Source: a virus (Duplodnaviria; Caudoviricetes). From it: a stretch of 64,000 bases of DNA. Shown here in pieces: positions 47,909 through 57,684 of the stretch. The number at the start of each line of letters is the position of its first letter. Position 1 is the stretch's first letter. The DNA is taken from IMG/VR virus record IMGVR_UViG_2788499951_000002, positions 93,857 to 157,856 of that record; one strand, given 5' to 3'. A program made the translations under genes and the position numbers. The notes beneath the pieces were generated by a model. The model was not told the origin of the DNA and made no database searches. It worked only from the letters and a program-made list of their open reading frames with translations.

Positions 47909-47932
47909 AGATCCCCTCCGAAGAGGGGATCT
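47909..47932 (-). terminator. intrinsic terminator hairpin
   Basis: AGATCCCCTC-CGAA-GAGGGGATCT (TTCG loop on - strand). Confidence 0.7.
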
Positions 47933-47943
47933 GATGGTCCTGA

Positions 47944-49518
47944 TCAGTGATTCGTGTCATCCATGTAGATGACCTTTGCATCTTCCAGCTGGAGATCTCG
48001 ATTGCCACCACGAGTGACAACGAAGATGTACTTCATGGCGTCCTCTTTGGTGGCCTCGTTGATCGGAGAGGTAGGCAAATACCCGTCGGTGACCACGATG
48101 CAGGCGTTGAATTCCTCTCCCTCATCAACCTGATCATTGGCGTAATTGATCAGAGGAGCCATGCAAGTTCCGCCACCCCCTATGGCACGGAAGTCCATGT
48201 TGCTCAGGTCATCATCATCCTCGGATGAATAGCGCCCCAAGAATGTCGCAGCAACATCACACGTGATCAGATCCAGATCCCATGCATCGAACATCTCGAG
48301 CAGACTGTGTAACTCACCACCCACGTCTGCATAGTCATCGCGACTCATTGAGCCAGAGGAGTCGAATCCGAACACAACACGAACCTTGTTACCAGTCAGG
48401 GTCGGGAACACCACAGAACCGCTCGTGCGGCGGCTCAGACGGTTATAGGTGGTGCGCTCACGTGATGATGCCTGAATCGCATCAGACAGCTCTGTACGCC
48501 AATCTACGGCGGGTTTCGCCAGATCACCGAGGACTGCAACCATGTTGCCTTCTGACTCACCGATACCACCCATCGCATTGGCACTGGCCACAGCTGCTGC
48601 AGCAGACTGGCGATTCTTGACAACTTGGGCACCGGAACCAGAGGTCTCAGCGACGTTGTCCAGAGCACGCTGACCTGCCTTCCCGCGCTTGGCCGGATCA
48701 GCCTGTGTCAATCCTTCGTCTTCGCGCTCAGAGGCGCTCTTGACCTTCTTACGGCCACCAGATGACTTCGATTGACCACTGCCACTGCCGTCGCCCTCAC
48801 CGTCGTCGTTTCCATCACCGTCACCGTCACCGTCACCGGAACCCTCACCATCTTCATCACCGGAACCCTGCTGTTCTTCACCATTCTCATCAGAGGGTTG
48901 ACCACCATGTGCCTCAATGGCCTTGTTGGCGTCGTTATCATTCTCTTCGAGGAGGAGATGATAGATCTCATCAGATGACATATCGATGAATCGTTCGTCG
49001 TAAAGTACGAACGTCGGAAGACTCAGATACTGCTGATACTTGCTGGAATGGTGGATGCTATCACCGTTCTCATCCTTGTATGCACCAGCACATGTCAGGT
49101 TGATGCAGTAATCAGTTGCGATGTTGAACAGCTGATGATTGTACCCACGCTCGATGGCACGTCCACCGTGCTCGAGGAAGATGTGCAGGATCTCATGCAG
49201 GATCACGAATGCACGTTCTTCACGTGTCTGCAGGGTGTTCATCCAGAATCGCGGATTGATGAAGATATGGTTCTCATCGCCACGAACCAGCGCACCCGCA
49301 GTCTGGATCGCCGGATCATCAGACCAGTGATACTTGCAGGTGAACATCATATAGGCGAACGTCGGAGACGCCAGAGAGAGGTTCGTACGTGCGGCTGACA
49401 GAGAGTCATCCCACTCACGCTTGACATCGTCTCCCGTCAGGGTGGACGGCATGCCGGATGAATCTTGGATGATGCTGACTGCCACATCCTTCGGGTCGAT
49501 ATTCGCTTGATCTGTCAT
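47944..49518 (-). CDS. DUF2201-type metallopeptidase + VWA domain protein
   Basis: HEILH, N.A.D..IN, acidic Gly linker, DSSGSM MIDAS, GGGT, VTDG. Confidence 0.88.
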   Translation of the reverse strand: MTDQANIDPKDVAVSIIQDSSGMPSTLTGDDVKREWDDSLSAARTNLSLASPTFAYMMFTCKYHWSDDPAIQTAGALVRGDENHIFINPRFWMNTLQTREERAFVILHEILHIFLEHGGRAIERGYNHQLFNIATDYCINLTCAGAYKDENGDSIHHSSKYQQYLSLPTFVLYDERFIDMSSDEIYHLLLEENDNDANKAIEAHGGQPSDENGEEQQGSGDEDGEGSGDGDGDGDGNDDGEGDGSGSGQSKSSGGRKKVKSASEREDEGLTQADPAKRGKAGQRALDNVAETSGSGAQVVKNRQSAAAAVASANAMGGIGESEGNMVAVLGDLAKPAVDWRTELSDAIQASSRERTTYNRLSRRTSGSVVFPTLTGNKVRVVFGFDSSGSMSRDDYADVGGELHSLLEMFDAWDLDLITCDVAATFLGRYSSEDDDDLSNMDFRAIGGGGTCMAPLINYANDQVDEGEEFNACIVVTDGYLPTSPINEATKEDAMKYIFVVTRGGNRDLQLEDAKVIYMDDTNH

Positions 49519-49544
49519 GTCATTTCCTCAGTTGGTGAGCCATC

Positions 49545-49573
49545 ATTGTACCCACCATGATGACTGATGTCAA
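49545..49573 (-). promoter_or_regulatory. sigma70 early promoter
   Basis: TTGACA-17 bp-TACAAT. Confidence 0.75.
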
Positions 49574-49575
49574 AC

Positions 49576-49605
49576 AAAGAACCCCCTCGATTGAGGGGGT
49601 TCTTT
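49576..49605 (-). terminator. intrinsic terminator
   Basis: AAAGAACCCCCTC-GATT-GAGGGGGTTCTTT. Confidence 0.75.
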
Positions 49606-49613
49606 TCGGGGTC

Positions 49614-50837
49614 TTACTTGTCGGTACCGTTGATGATACCGGCCAGCGGAGAGAACTGGGCACGGAGACGCGGCACACGGATGATCGCGGACTTCACATC
49701 AGGACCAGCTGCCTTGATAGTCTTGAACATGATGATGCGAGCTTCCTTCTTCAGCTGCTCAGAGACATCACACAGGTGACCGAGTTCCGCTTCGACCTGA
49801 TCCGCAGTCTTCTTGGAAGTACCCTCACCATTCTTGATGGAGTTGGCTTCCTTCAGGGCGTCGATGATCTGGAACGCCAGACTGTTGGACAGGTTGTACA
49901 TCATGCCACCGTCATCATGCTTGACAGTGTAGCCCTCACCGGCACGGACTTTCTTCCAGTCGGGGAGCTTCTCGTTGAACTCGAGGTAGCCCATGAAGTC
50001 CGTTGCGACCTTGGAGCCTACAGCACCGGCAATCGCGATACGCAGCATACGCGGATCATTGGCGATGTACTTGTTCTTCATGTGGGTGGACACCATGTAC
50101 CAAGAACGCGGGGTCGGGAATGCCGCTTCCTCAGAGTTCGGAGCCTCGTAGGTGTGAGCCGGTTTCCAGTTCAGGTAGCCCGCGATGTTCTGGTTGAAGC
50201 CAGCACCGACAGCGTATTCGATGAAGGATTCAGCGGCACGCTCGGAATCGATGGTCAGGTGCAGACCGAAACGGTTGGCAGCAGCAGGAGCCAGCGGCTT
50301 CGCACCAGTCTTGTCAGACTTCAGGTTACCAGCAGCGATGATGGCACAGGTATCCGGCAGCTTGGTGTTGTTCTGGACAGTGCGGTCCAGAATGATGCGG
50401 TATGCAGCGTGCTGGACGTGGATCGGAGCGTTGAGCAGCTCATCGAGGAACAGGATCGAGACACGTCCATCACGCGGGAACCATGCCGGTGTGGAGAAGA
50501 ACATGTCCTTCTCGTCGGTCTCGAAAGTCTCACCAGTGGTGTGATTGGTGACTTGCAGCTTGAAGCCGGTGTGTGCCACATACGGGATACCCTGTACGTC
50601 AGCACTGTCCATGCCACCCAGACGGACATCGATGACAGCCGGAGTGTAATCGAGCTTCAGGACATCACGCAGGCGAGTCGCCAGCTGCATCACGATCTCG
50701 CTTTTCCCAAGCCCAGGACTACCTGTGATACACGCGTTCAGCGGAATGTACTTGTTCTCGACAGCGGAGACGATGTTGGCCATCAGCAGTTCGGCGGCTT
50801 CGGCGATGGTGACCTTGTTCAGTGCGAAGTTAGACAT
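49614..50837 (-). CDS. MoxR-like AAA+ ATPase
   Basis: GSPGLGKS, LFLDEL, AAGN, ANRF, PTPRSW; paired with VWA gene. Confidence 0.9.
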   Translation of the reverse strand: MSNFALNKVTIAEAAELLMANIVSAVENKYIPLNACITGSPGLGKSEIVMQLATRLRDVLKLDYTPAVIDVRLGGMDSADVQGIPYVAHTGFKLQVTNHTTGETFETDEKDMFFSTPAWFPRDGRVSILFLDELLNAPIHVQHAAYRIILDRTVQNNTKLPDTCAIIAAGNLKSDKTGAKPLAPAAANRFGLHLTIDSERAAESFIEYAVGAGFNQNIAGYLNWKPAHTYEAPNSEEAAFPTPRSWYMVSTHMKNKYIANDPRMLRIAIAGAVGSKVATDFMGYLEFNEKLPDWKKVRAGEGYTVKHDDGGMMYNLSNSLAFQIIDALKEANSIKNGEGTSKKTADQVEAELGHLCDVSEQLKKEARIIMFKTIKAAGPDVKSAIIRVPRLRAQFSPLAGIINGTDK

Positions 50838-50928
50838 GTTTCTTTTCCTTTCATCGGTTTGGTTTGGGTGGGAGACTATCCCCGTCTCCCAAGGGGTGAT
50901 TCAATCTTAATTCATCCAGTCAGAAGAA

Positions 50929-51528
50929 TCAAGAGGTTTTTCGTTTCTTTCTTTCGGGCTTGGGTGGTGCTGGCTGGCCATGACCCTCTTGAATCCCGTG
51001 CTTCTCTCGGAAATCGTTGACCACCTTCTCAGCTTCTTCCAGCGTATCATAGCAACCGAGATAATGGCGCTTCTTGTCATGGTACAGACGAACCATCCAG
51101 CTATCAGTTGCCTTGGACCAGTTCACGCCACTGATTCCCGACTTGTTGGTTGACTTCATCGACATGTTGGCAGAGTTCTTACCAGACTCCAACATCCGCA
51201 GGTTTTCCCAACTGTTGTCAGTTGCGTCTCGGTTCTTATGGTCGATTGTCATTCCTTCCTCGACCCATTCACCAGTCATATAGAACCATGCGACCTGATG
51301 TTCCTTGTACTTCAGACCCTTGATCCCGATCCTCCGGTGGATCCACGTAGGGTCTCCAAACTCAACATATCCTGCACGCTTTCCTGCATAGCGTCCATTC
51401 CATGTCTTGATACTCATCTCATCACCCTCACGGGGCTTCCAAGTGAACTCACCAGTCTCTGGGTCATAATCCAGCAGCTTGGTGAGTTCATCATGGGGCA
51501 GTGCGTCCTTCTGTTTTTGAGTGGCCAT
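50929..51528 (-). CDS. HNH homing endonuclease with AP2-like domain
   Basis: LDYDPETG, H.VAWFYMTGEW, IDHKNRD..DN..ENL, YLGCY...EEA. Confidence 0.9.
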   Translation of the reverse strand: MATQKQKDALPHDELTKLLDYDPETGEFTWKPREGDEMSIKTWNGRYAGKRAGYVEFGDPTWIHRRIGIKGLKYKEHQVAWFYMTGEWVEEGMTIDHKNRDATDNSWENLRMLESGKNSANMSMKSTNKSGISGVNWSKATDSWMVRLYHDKKRHYLGCYDTLEEAEKVVNDFREKHGIQEGHGQPAPPKPERKKRKTS

Positions 51529-51584
51529 CATATGTCTCCTTTGTTTGATTGACGGCCACATCATCTCAGGGTCTCAGACAGCTG

Positions 51585-52532
51585 TCAAGCCTCCATACCG
51601 AGTTTGATCAGGAGTTTCTCCATGCGGTCCATGACCTTCTTGTTCAGACGGGAGCGAATGTCATCACCACGGGCGTTCTTGTCATTATCATCATACTTGG
51701 AGCGCATGAAGTCTGACAGTCCGGTGAGGACTTGAATGCCTGATACGTCAGAGGAATCGACAGCTTCCCCGACGAACGTCTTGGCCTCGTCGATGACCTT
51801 GTCGGCTACCTTGGCGGCCTTCATTGACTCATCGACGATGGTCAGTGCCATGGAGCGGTCCATCTTCGCATCACCCATCAGGTTGATGAACGGCATGATC
51901 TCATCATTCCACTGGGTGATCATGGTTGAGATGATGGCAGAGAATGCCACGTGAGACTCATGAATGGCCTTGGTGTGGCGGATGTTGAGGTCGAACATCT
52001 CATTACAGACACCGATGACCTCGGAGCCGGTCTTCTCATCGACGGCGAGCAGGCGGACCGTGTGACGGCGTGACCCATCGACGCTGGTAATCAGCTGGAC
52101 ATGCATGTTGATGGTGTTCATGCAATCAGGGGAGAGTTGACCCTTGATGGCGACGTTGAGCTGTTGTTGACCACCCGAGCCAGAAAGATACAGGTGTGTC
52201 GGATGAGCGTCAACCCCCATCTGGGTCAGTTCGGTCATGAGGTCATGATAGACCTGAGCCGTCGGGAGCGTGCCATACAGACCGGTGACGGTGGTGATGG
52301 TGGACAGGACACCAGTGCGATCACGGTCGACCACGATGCCATAGAACTTGGTGTTGCGACCGGTGTTGGTGTTGCCTTCGGCCTGATAGGTCTCTTCCTC
52401 ATGCTCGAATGTCAGGGGCTTGACATAGACGGGGAAGTTGACGGCATCGATTGCAGTGGTCCATGCGTCCTCGGTGGTCATGGTGGACAGTTCGGACATG
52501 TTCTGACGGTTCTGCATCGGATTGGTGTTCAT
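51585..52532 (-). CDS. DUF932-like phage protein
   Basis: TSVDGS and IRHT motifs; moderate resemblance only. Confidence 0.5.
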   Translation of the reverse strand: MNTNPMQNRQNMSELSTMTTEDAWTTAIDAVNFPVYVKPLTFEHEEETYQAEGNTNTGRNTKFYGIVVDRDRTGVLSTITTVTGLYGTLPTAQVYHDLMTELTQMGVDAHPTHLYLSGSGGQQQLNVAIKGQLSPDCMNTINMHVQLITSVDGSRRHTVRLLAVDEKTGSEVIGVCNEMFDLNIRHTKAIHESHVAFSAIISTMITQWNDEIMPFINLMGDAKMDRSMALTIVDESMKAAKVADKVIDEAKTFVGEAVDSSDVSGIQVLTGLSDFMRSKYDDNDKNARGDDIRSRLNKKVMDRMEKLLIKLGMEA

Positions 52533-52847
52533 GTCTTGGTACCTCGGAATGTGTGAATGCTTGGGTTAACCTGAGATGACTGTTGACTGACTTTACCAGA
52601 ACAGTCGAAGAAGAATCAAGAGGAACGAGATGATCAGTAGCCAGATCATACCAGAGATCCACCGGCGATGACAATCACCCAGAGGACAAGTTGATATGTC
52701 TGGAAGAGGATGGCATCGAACGCACCCTCAGCCATGTTGAAGCGATCATCCTCAGGAAGTCTGGAGCCAACCACTGGCATTGACCAGTGGCGGAGGCGAT
52801 AGCAGACAGTGAGTGACATCAGGATAGACACGATTGCGATTGTCATA

Positions 52848-53075
52848 TCATTCACCAAAGAAGTTGGATTCGTTTTTGGACTCGATGATACTGCGGACCT
52901 CGGATACCCAGCGCTCCATGTCGAGATCATTCAAGCGATAGGTGAAGATGGATGTGCTATATGCGCCCTCGACATCATCACCAATGCAGTAGAAGTACCC
53001 GTCACCCTTGACCAGCTCGACATTGAGACCGAGCTGGGAGAGGCGCTTGTTTACTCTCTTGAGAGTCAGCATCAT
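52848..53075 (-). CDS. hypothetical protein
   Basis: GAGGT RBS; VELVKG.GYFY. Confidence 0.65.
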   Translation of the reverse strand: MMLTLKRVNKRLSQLGLNVELVKGDGYFYCIGDDVEGAYSTSIFTYRLNDLDMERWVSEVRSIIESKNESNFFGE

Positions 53076-53081
53076 ATCACC

Positions 53082-53402
53082 TCAGATGATCAGTTTCCAA
53101 AGGATTCGATTGTTACCGCCACGAGCACGAATCTTGCCTTGGGCGGGTTCCGCGTCGGACCTTGCGATGTATCCCTGAGCCTCGAAGAAACGCAGGGCGA
53201 AGCGCAGATCCTGTGTGTCGATGGACGGGGCGTGCTTGGCCACGTCGAATACTGAGAAGTTCTCACCGCGACCAATCTTGGCGATGGAACGGATGGCCAT
53301 GATGCGGGCCTGAGCAGCTTTTGCTTTGATCGGGCGACCGGCACCGTCACGGTCGCGGATCTGCATGATATGGGAGATGGGAAGTTCGTGTTGGTTAGAC
53401 AT
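53082..53402 (-). CDS. hypothetical, possible winged-helix DNA-binding protein
   Basis: basic; FSV.DVA...LR.ALR.F...GYI. Confidence 0.5.
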   Translation of the reverse strand: MSNQHELPISHIMQIRDRDGAGRPIKAKAAQARIMAIRSIAKIGRGENFSVFDVAKHAPSIDTQDLRFALRFFEAQGYIARSDAEPAQGKIRARGGNNRILWKLII

Positions 53403-53606
53403 AATGTTGACTCCTGAGCTTATCCGTCTGGGTTGTGGATCAATGACCACCAATGGCCATCGATTGTTTTACATGGTACATCGATTCGAATCAAAAGTCC
53501 AATCCCGTTTTCCAAATGAATCAAACAGCGTTGAGATTGGTCTGATGCTGTCACAGGGTAGGGAGTGTCGCGTTTGATAGCCCCGTGGTTCACCGGTGAT
53601 ACCGCT

Positions 53607-53819
53607 TTAAGCACTGGGGAGTGCCTCAATCCAGTTGCGAATCGCAGCCTCGCTTTGAGCAGTCACAACGTACTCCTCGGGCTTGGATTTGCAGATGTCG
53701 AGGATGCGGGATGCGACGTGGCGCTTGGTGGCGTCGCAGCAGCTGATGCCCTGTTCTTCAGCAGACATGAAACCTTCGAGCAGGGACTTGCGAGTGAGCT
53801 TGATACGAGTCATGGTCAT
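53607..53819 (-). CDS. hypothetical protein
   Basis: GAGGT RBS. Confidence 0.55.
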   Translation of the reverse strand: MTMTRIKLTRKSLLEGFMSAEEQGISCCDATKRHVASRILDICKSKPEEYVVTAQSEAAIRNWIEALPSA

Positions 53820-53823
53820 TACC

Positions 53824-54087
53824 TCACAGGTTGAGAATCGAGACAACTGTCGCATGGACAGCTGATGCTGCTTCGGGTGAAAGTTTGACACTCGGGCGTT
53901 CACCCTGCATGCCGTTCGCGTTTACCGTATCGTCTAGGACATCATAGTACCAATGCCCCTGAGTTGCAACCGCGTTTTGATCGAAACATACAGGGTACGA
54001 TGATCGATCATCTTGCATTCGAAACGTTCCGTCATCATGATGCGGACTCCTCAGCCATCCGCCGGATGGTCTCGATGTCTTGATCAT
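53824..54087 (-). CDS. hypothetical protein
   Basis: ORF in leftward operon; start uncertain. Confidence 0.45.
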   Translation of the reverse strand: MIKTSRPSGGWLRSPHHDDGTFRMQDDRSSYPVCFDQNAVATQGHWYYDVLDDTVNANGMQGERPSVKLSPEAASAVHATVVSILNL

Positions 54088-54289
54088 TGATCATTCCCGT
54101 GCGGTATGCATACAAGACGTCATATGCGGCCTTGTGGTAGCGAGCGGCTTCCAGCACCTCATTGCGATGCTTGATGCAGAATTGAGCCACTTCCGCATCT
54201 TTGGCCATGCGAGACTCGCGATGCAGATGAATAGCAAGGATGGCATCACGCTGATAAGCACGCTTGTGGCGATGTTCTGGGGTGATCAT
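54035..54289 (-). CDS. hypothetical protein
   Basis: GAGGT RBS. Confidence 0.6.
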   Translation of the reverse strand: MITPEHRHKRAYQRDAILAIHLHRESRMAKDAEVAQFCIKHRNEVLEAARYHKAAYDVLYAYRTGMINDQDIETIRRMAEESAS

Positions 54290-54371
54290 TGGTTGTTACC
54301 TCACTGTCAGTCGATTGATGTTGTGGTGCCTCACAGATGCCCCCTCAGTGCGAGGAGGCATGAATCAGGCA

Positions 54372-54746
54372 TTACGGTTTCTTGATACCGCGCATCTGGC
54401 TGACTGCACTGTCGAGCCATTCATGCGATGCAATCCCATCACGGCCCCGTGCAATCGCGATGACTTCCTCAGCCAGTTTGATGGCAGTTTTCTTCGCCAC
54501 GTCCTTTTGGTAGTACATCCGGATGCGGTCGTCAGTCGGGGGGAGGATCTGGGGAGCAGACCGCCAGCGAGACGTCGAACCGTGTCCCCAGCGTTCCCCA
54601 TTGTCCTTGCGGTATCCTTCACCGTCGTCGATGAATACCCGCGTGGCGGTTAGGCGAACCACCTGCTTAAGTTTGACCTCGTTTCCCTCATACAGGATAA
54701 CCGAGTCCCCGACTTTCAACGATTCACGAAATTCTCGATCAGTCAT
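54372..54746 (-). CDS. hypothetical protein (SH3/KOW-like start)
   Basis: LKVGDSV, V.RLT.TR; GAGGT RBS. Confidence 0.65.
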   Translation of the reverse strand: MTDREFRESLKVGDSVILYEGNEVKLKQVVRLTATRVFIDDGEGYRKDNGERWGHGSTSRWRSAPQILPPTDDRIRMYYQKDVAKKTAIKLAEEVIAIARGRDGIASHEWLDSAVSQMRGIKKP

Positions 54747-54760
54747 ACATCACCTCACTA

Positions 54761-54949
54761 TCAGGCCACACGTGTGAAGCCAGTCGGAAGCTGGCCGCGT
54801 TGGATCTTGTCACTGTTTGTCAGTATCTGGCGAACTACACGATTCACCAGACTCAGGAACTTGCCGTCACACACGACGGTATCAAGGACGCCGTCTTCAT
54901 CGAATGTGACCTCATACACCTTACCACCCTTCTCAATTCTCGTATTCAT
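54761..54949 (-). CDS. hypothetical protein
   Basis: ORF in operon. Confidence 0.55.
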   Translation of the reverse strand: MNTRIEKGGKVYEVTFDEDGVLDTVVCDGKFLSLVNRVVRQILTNSDKIQRGQLPTGFTRVA

Positions 54950-55178
54950 TCACTTCCCCCAGCGTTAGAACCACAGCGTCGTCGGTGAAGTCTCGATAAA
55001 ACCGATGGTCAGGATCTTCACCGAGTGACAGACACCTCATTGCGACAATGTACGTGCCATCTTCTTCTCGATCAATATCGACCACTTCGAAACGGTGACC
55101 GTTACCAGCTGGACCGAAGACGATGATGTCTTCAATTTCAAGGTCACACACCTTCTTCTCAATTTTCTGATGTGACAT
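54933..55178 (-). CDS. hypothetical protein
   Basis: ORF in operon. Confidence 0.6.
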   Translation of the reverse strand: MSHQKIEKKVCDLEIEDIIVFGPAGNGHRFEVVDIDREEDGTYIVAMRCLSLGEDPDHRFYRDFTDDAVVLTLGEVNEYEN

Positions 55179-55184
55179 ATCAAC

Positions 55185-55616
55185 TCACTCCCAGTCCACG
55201 TTGAGTTTGTTACCCTGCTCGACATGTAGCACCGGTCGGCGCATGCTCAGGGCATTGTTGCGAAGACGTGACATCGCGTCAGAATGAATGGTCGACCAGA
55301 CGGCGAGGTGGTTCGGCCCCGCCAACTGGTATTCGGCCATGTCCGTCCCGATCATCTGGAAGACGTTAGTCACCCCCGCATCAGACATCGCCTTGAAATG
55401 ATTGGCGACTGATTTGATGTCTATCTCATTCTGGAAGTAGTAGGCGAGGGCAGCGACTTGGAGACGCGCTTCCTCATCCTCAGCAAAATCGAGAAGATGG
55501 GGAGGGGACTCGAAACCATCCTCACATTCCACCGGATCGGTGTGAAGCTGGCAGCCATAGACATAGCCACGCATGAAGTCGATGGCCGGTTTGTTGTCGA
55601 TGAGAAGATTGAACAT
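55185..55616 (-). CDS. hypothetical early protein
   Basis: starts at the end of repeat copy 1. Confidence 0.7.
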   Translation of the reverse strand: MFNLLIDNKPAIDFMRGYVYGCQLHTDPVECEDGFESPPHLLDFAEDEEARLQVAALAYYFQNEIDIKSVANHFKAMSDAGVTNVFQMIGTDMAEYQLAGPNHLAVWSTIHSDAMSRLRNNALSMRRPVLHVEQGNKLNVDWE

Positions 55617-55710
55617 GATGATACCTCACTTTCAGTTTGGTTGAGTTGACTCACGTGGTACAGCTTAACGGAACGCCCTGACACCTGTCAAGGCGCTCGA
55701 GTAAACTTTA
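55617..55710 (-). repeat. promoter/stem-loop/RBS repeat, copy 1
   Basis: TAAAGTTTACTCGAGCGCCTTGACAGGTGTCAGGGCGTTCCGTTAAGCT...AAGTGAGGTATCATCATG. Confidence 0.9.
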
Positions 55711-55935
55711 CGCGGTGACTGGTTTCGCCACAAGGACGCGACATGCATTCCCTCGGCGCAGTTCGAATTCCATCGCGGCCCCTAGTGCGATGTCATTCGG
55801 GTATGATTCTTTGAGAATCACGGTGGGATATGCACACAATGCGGCATCCATACTACTGAATACCTCATAATCGATGATCTCAAATTGTCCCATCGAATCA
55901 AAGGTATACTGTTCTACCACCGGTACGGTCTTCAT
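55708..55935 (-). CDS. hypothetical early protein
   Basis: stop TAA abuts repeat. Confidence 0.6.
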   Translation of the reverse strand: MKTVPVVEQYTFDSMGQFEIIDYEVFSSMDAALCAYPTVILKESYPNDIALGAAMEFELRRGNACRVLVAKPVTA

Positions 55936-55936
55936 A

Positions 55937-56200
55937 TCACTTCTCCTCATACTTTGCAATGATGTCATCCGGCGACGGTAGGACGGGATAGCAGCGCCCT
56001 GACTTGTGCCATGTCATGCGTTCTTTGGCCTGATACGTTCCGCGACATTCACGATGGATGGCACCTTTGACAGTGAAAGTCTCCTTGCTTTTGGAAACCG
56101 TATACACCGTCACTCGGCGTCCATCGCGGGTCAGATATTCACCGGTCGCATCGACTATGGTGACCAGTTCACGAAGTGGGACAAACGCCTTATCATTCAT
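55937..56200 (-). CDS. hypothetical early protein
   Basis: G.YLTRDGR.V ... W...GR ... DII. Confidence 0.65.
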   Translation of the reverse strand: MNDKAFVPLRELVTIVDATGEYLTRDGRRVTVYTVSKSKETFTVKGAIHRECRGTYQAKERMTWHKSGRCYPVLPSPDDIIAKYEEK

Positions 56201-56796
56201 GCTTCTGCCTCAATGTCGACAATGAAGCCGTCATAGTGGCCGTTACCTTTCAAGTCACCGGCAATGCCGTTTTCCCACTCCTCCCCCAGTACACACTCAC
56301 ACAGGCACTCTAACATGAGGTGTGTCTGGTCGGCACGCCACTCGTCGATGTTTTCTGACCACTCAGGATCATTGATATCGTTGCTGACAAAGGAGACGAA
56401 ACCCGAGCAGCTGGTACAGTTGTCAAGGATTTTCTGCTTGAACTCCTCAAAGTGATGGTGCAGGAGATGGGCGCGGACGGTTTTCAGATGCTCCAGCGGC
56501 ATGACACCCATGATTTCATCGTTGGACGTGAAATAGTCCTTGGCGGGATGGATGCCAGTGAGTCGCGCCTCGAGGCGCAGTTCGGAGCTGTTATTGATCT
56601 CATGGATCAACTGGCCAGTGTATGCTTTCGCAAACTCGAGGAAGTTTGTGTCGTTGATCTGCATATCATACGGTGCGTCATCGCCATCGATCCCGTCGTT
56701 CTCCAGCATCATCTCAAATTCATCATCGACGTATGCTTCGTGGATGGTGTTACCAAAACCGGCGAACGGGAAGCGCATGGTTGTTTCGTTTTTCAT
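56197..56796 (-). CDS. hypothetical acidic early protein
   Basis: starts at the end of repeat copy 2. Confidence 0.7.
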   Translation of the reverse strand: MKNETTMRFPFAGFGNTIHEAYVDDEFEMMLENDGIDGDDAPYDMQINDTNFLEFAKAYTGQLIHEINNSSELRLEARLTGIHPAKDYFTSNDEIMGVMPLEHLKTVRAHLLHHHFEEFKQKILDNCTSCSGFVSFVSNDINDPEWSENIDEWRADQTHLMLECLCECVLGEEWENGIAGDLKGNGHYDGFIVDIEAEA

Positions 56797-56887
56797 GATG
56801 ATGCCTCACTTACAGTTTGGGTGGACTTACACGGTACAGCTTAATCAAGCGCCCTGACACCTGTCAAGGCGCTTTGTTAAACTTTTA
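56797..56887 (-). repeat. promoter/stem-loop/RBS repeat, copy 2 (near-identical to copy 7)
   Basis: AGTTTAACAAAGCGCCTTGACAGGTGTCAGGGCGCTTGATTAAGCT. Confidence 0.9.
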
Positions 56888-57592
56888 CCCTTTCGCGATG
56901 ATAGAGACTTTCTTCTTTTGGACACCATGCGCGGTGAAAGCGATGACGCTGGCACGGTCTGCCTTGGCGCATGCCTTGCACGTTGCACAATCCAGACTGT
57001 CGACGTATTCAGCGGGGCAGCGGGATACGTGGACGCCGTCTACGTCTTTCCAGTTCGCGTCGGAGTCATCCCAAAAGTCAGTAGGGACAATGGTCACGAT
57101 GGGAAGACGTGGGTGCACATACTTGGTGGTAACGGCCTCTTTGACACTATTGGTGCTGATGTTCACAGTGAAGCCCGCACGATTCGCCGTTTCGATTGCC
57201 ATCACGTTGGTCGGAATACGCATGTCATGATGCGTATAGGTGAAACCGTTAGCACCGGCGTCGTGGTTCGCTTTGACCAATTCAGCAACCATGCCGGTAT
57301 CGATTGCACCTTTGTGATGCGGCAGATCGCCAGCTTGATTGTGACGCCAGATCTGACCTTTGTCCAGATTGCGGACGAATCCGACCAGCTGGCCCCAATC
57401 GCCGCCACGTTCACCGGAATCGACCTTGCGCCAGTGCATGCCAGTGTGGCCAAGACCCGCGTAACATCCCGCACCACCGCCATTCTTGTTAAGCGGGCAT
57501 GTAGACGGGCATGACTCGCTGGACGTCGTGGTGACGGGGATCGGGCCGGTTTTCTTGTTACCAGACTTGGGGGAAATGTGGACCTTAATCAT
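56885..57592 (-). CDS. Cys-rich phage protein (GP88-like, possible Fe-S/metal binding)
   Basis: N.KTG, CP..CP...CYA, RH...GD, FTYTH, CPA...C..C..C. Confidence 0.6.
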   Translation of the reverse strand: MIKVHISPKSGNKKTGPIPVTTTSSESCPSTCPLNKNGGGAGCYAGLGHTGMHWRKVDSGERGGDWGQLVGFVRNLDKGQIWRHNQAGDLPHHKGAIDTGMVAELVKANHDAGANGFTYTHHDMRIPTNVMAIETANRAGFTVNISTNSVKEAVTTKYVHPRLPIVTIVPTDFWDDSDANWKDVDGVHVSRCPAEYVDSLDCATCKACAKADRASVIAFTAHGVQKKKVSIIAKG

Positions 57593-57674
57593 GATGATAC
57601 CTCACTTGCTTGTTGATGATGGTCTAGCTTAACGGAGCGCCCTGACACCTGTCAAGGCGCTCGAGTAAACTTTA
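57593..57674 (-). repeat. promoter/stem-loop/RBS repeat, copy 3
   Basis: same core as copy 5. Confidence 0.9.
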
Positions 57675-57684
57675 CCTTTGAAAC

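Noticed and set aside
48775-48865. (TCACCG)n microrepeat
   Set aside because: It encodes the Gly-Asp linker of the VWA protein; ordinary low-complexity coding sequence.
44350-51020. Long + strand ORFs (395 aa at 44350, 487 aa at 49557) and similar ones at 16801 and on the - strand at 9941
   Set aside because: They are antisense shadows of well-supported genes, with no motifs or RBS.
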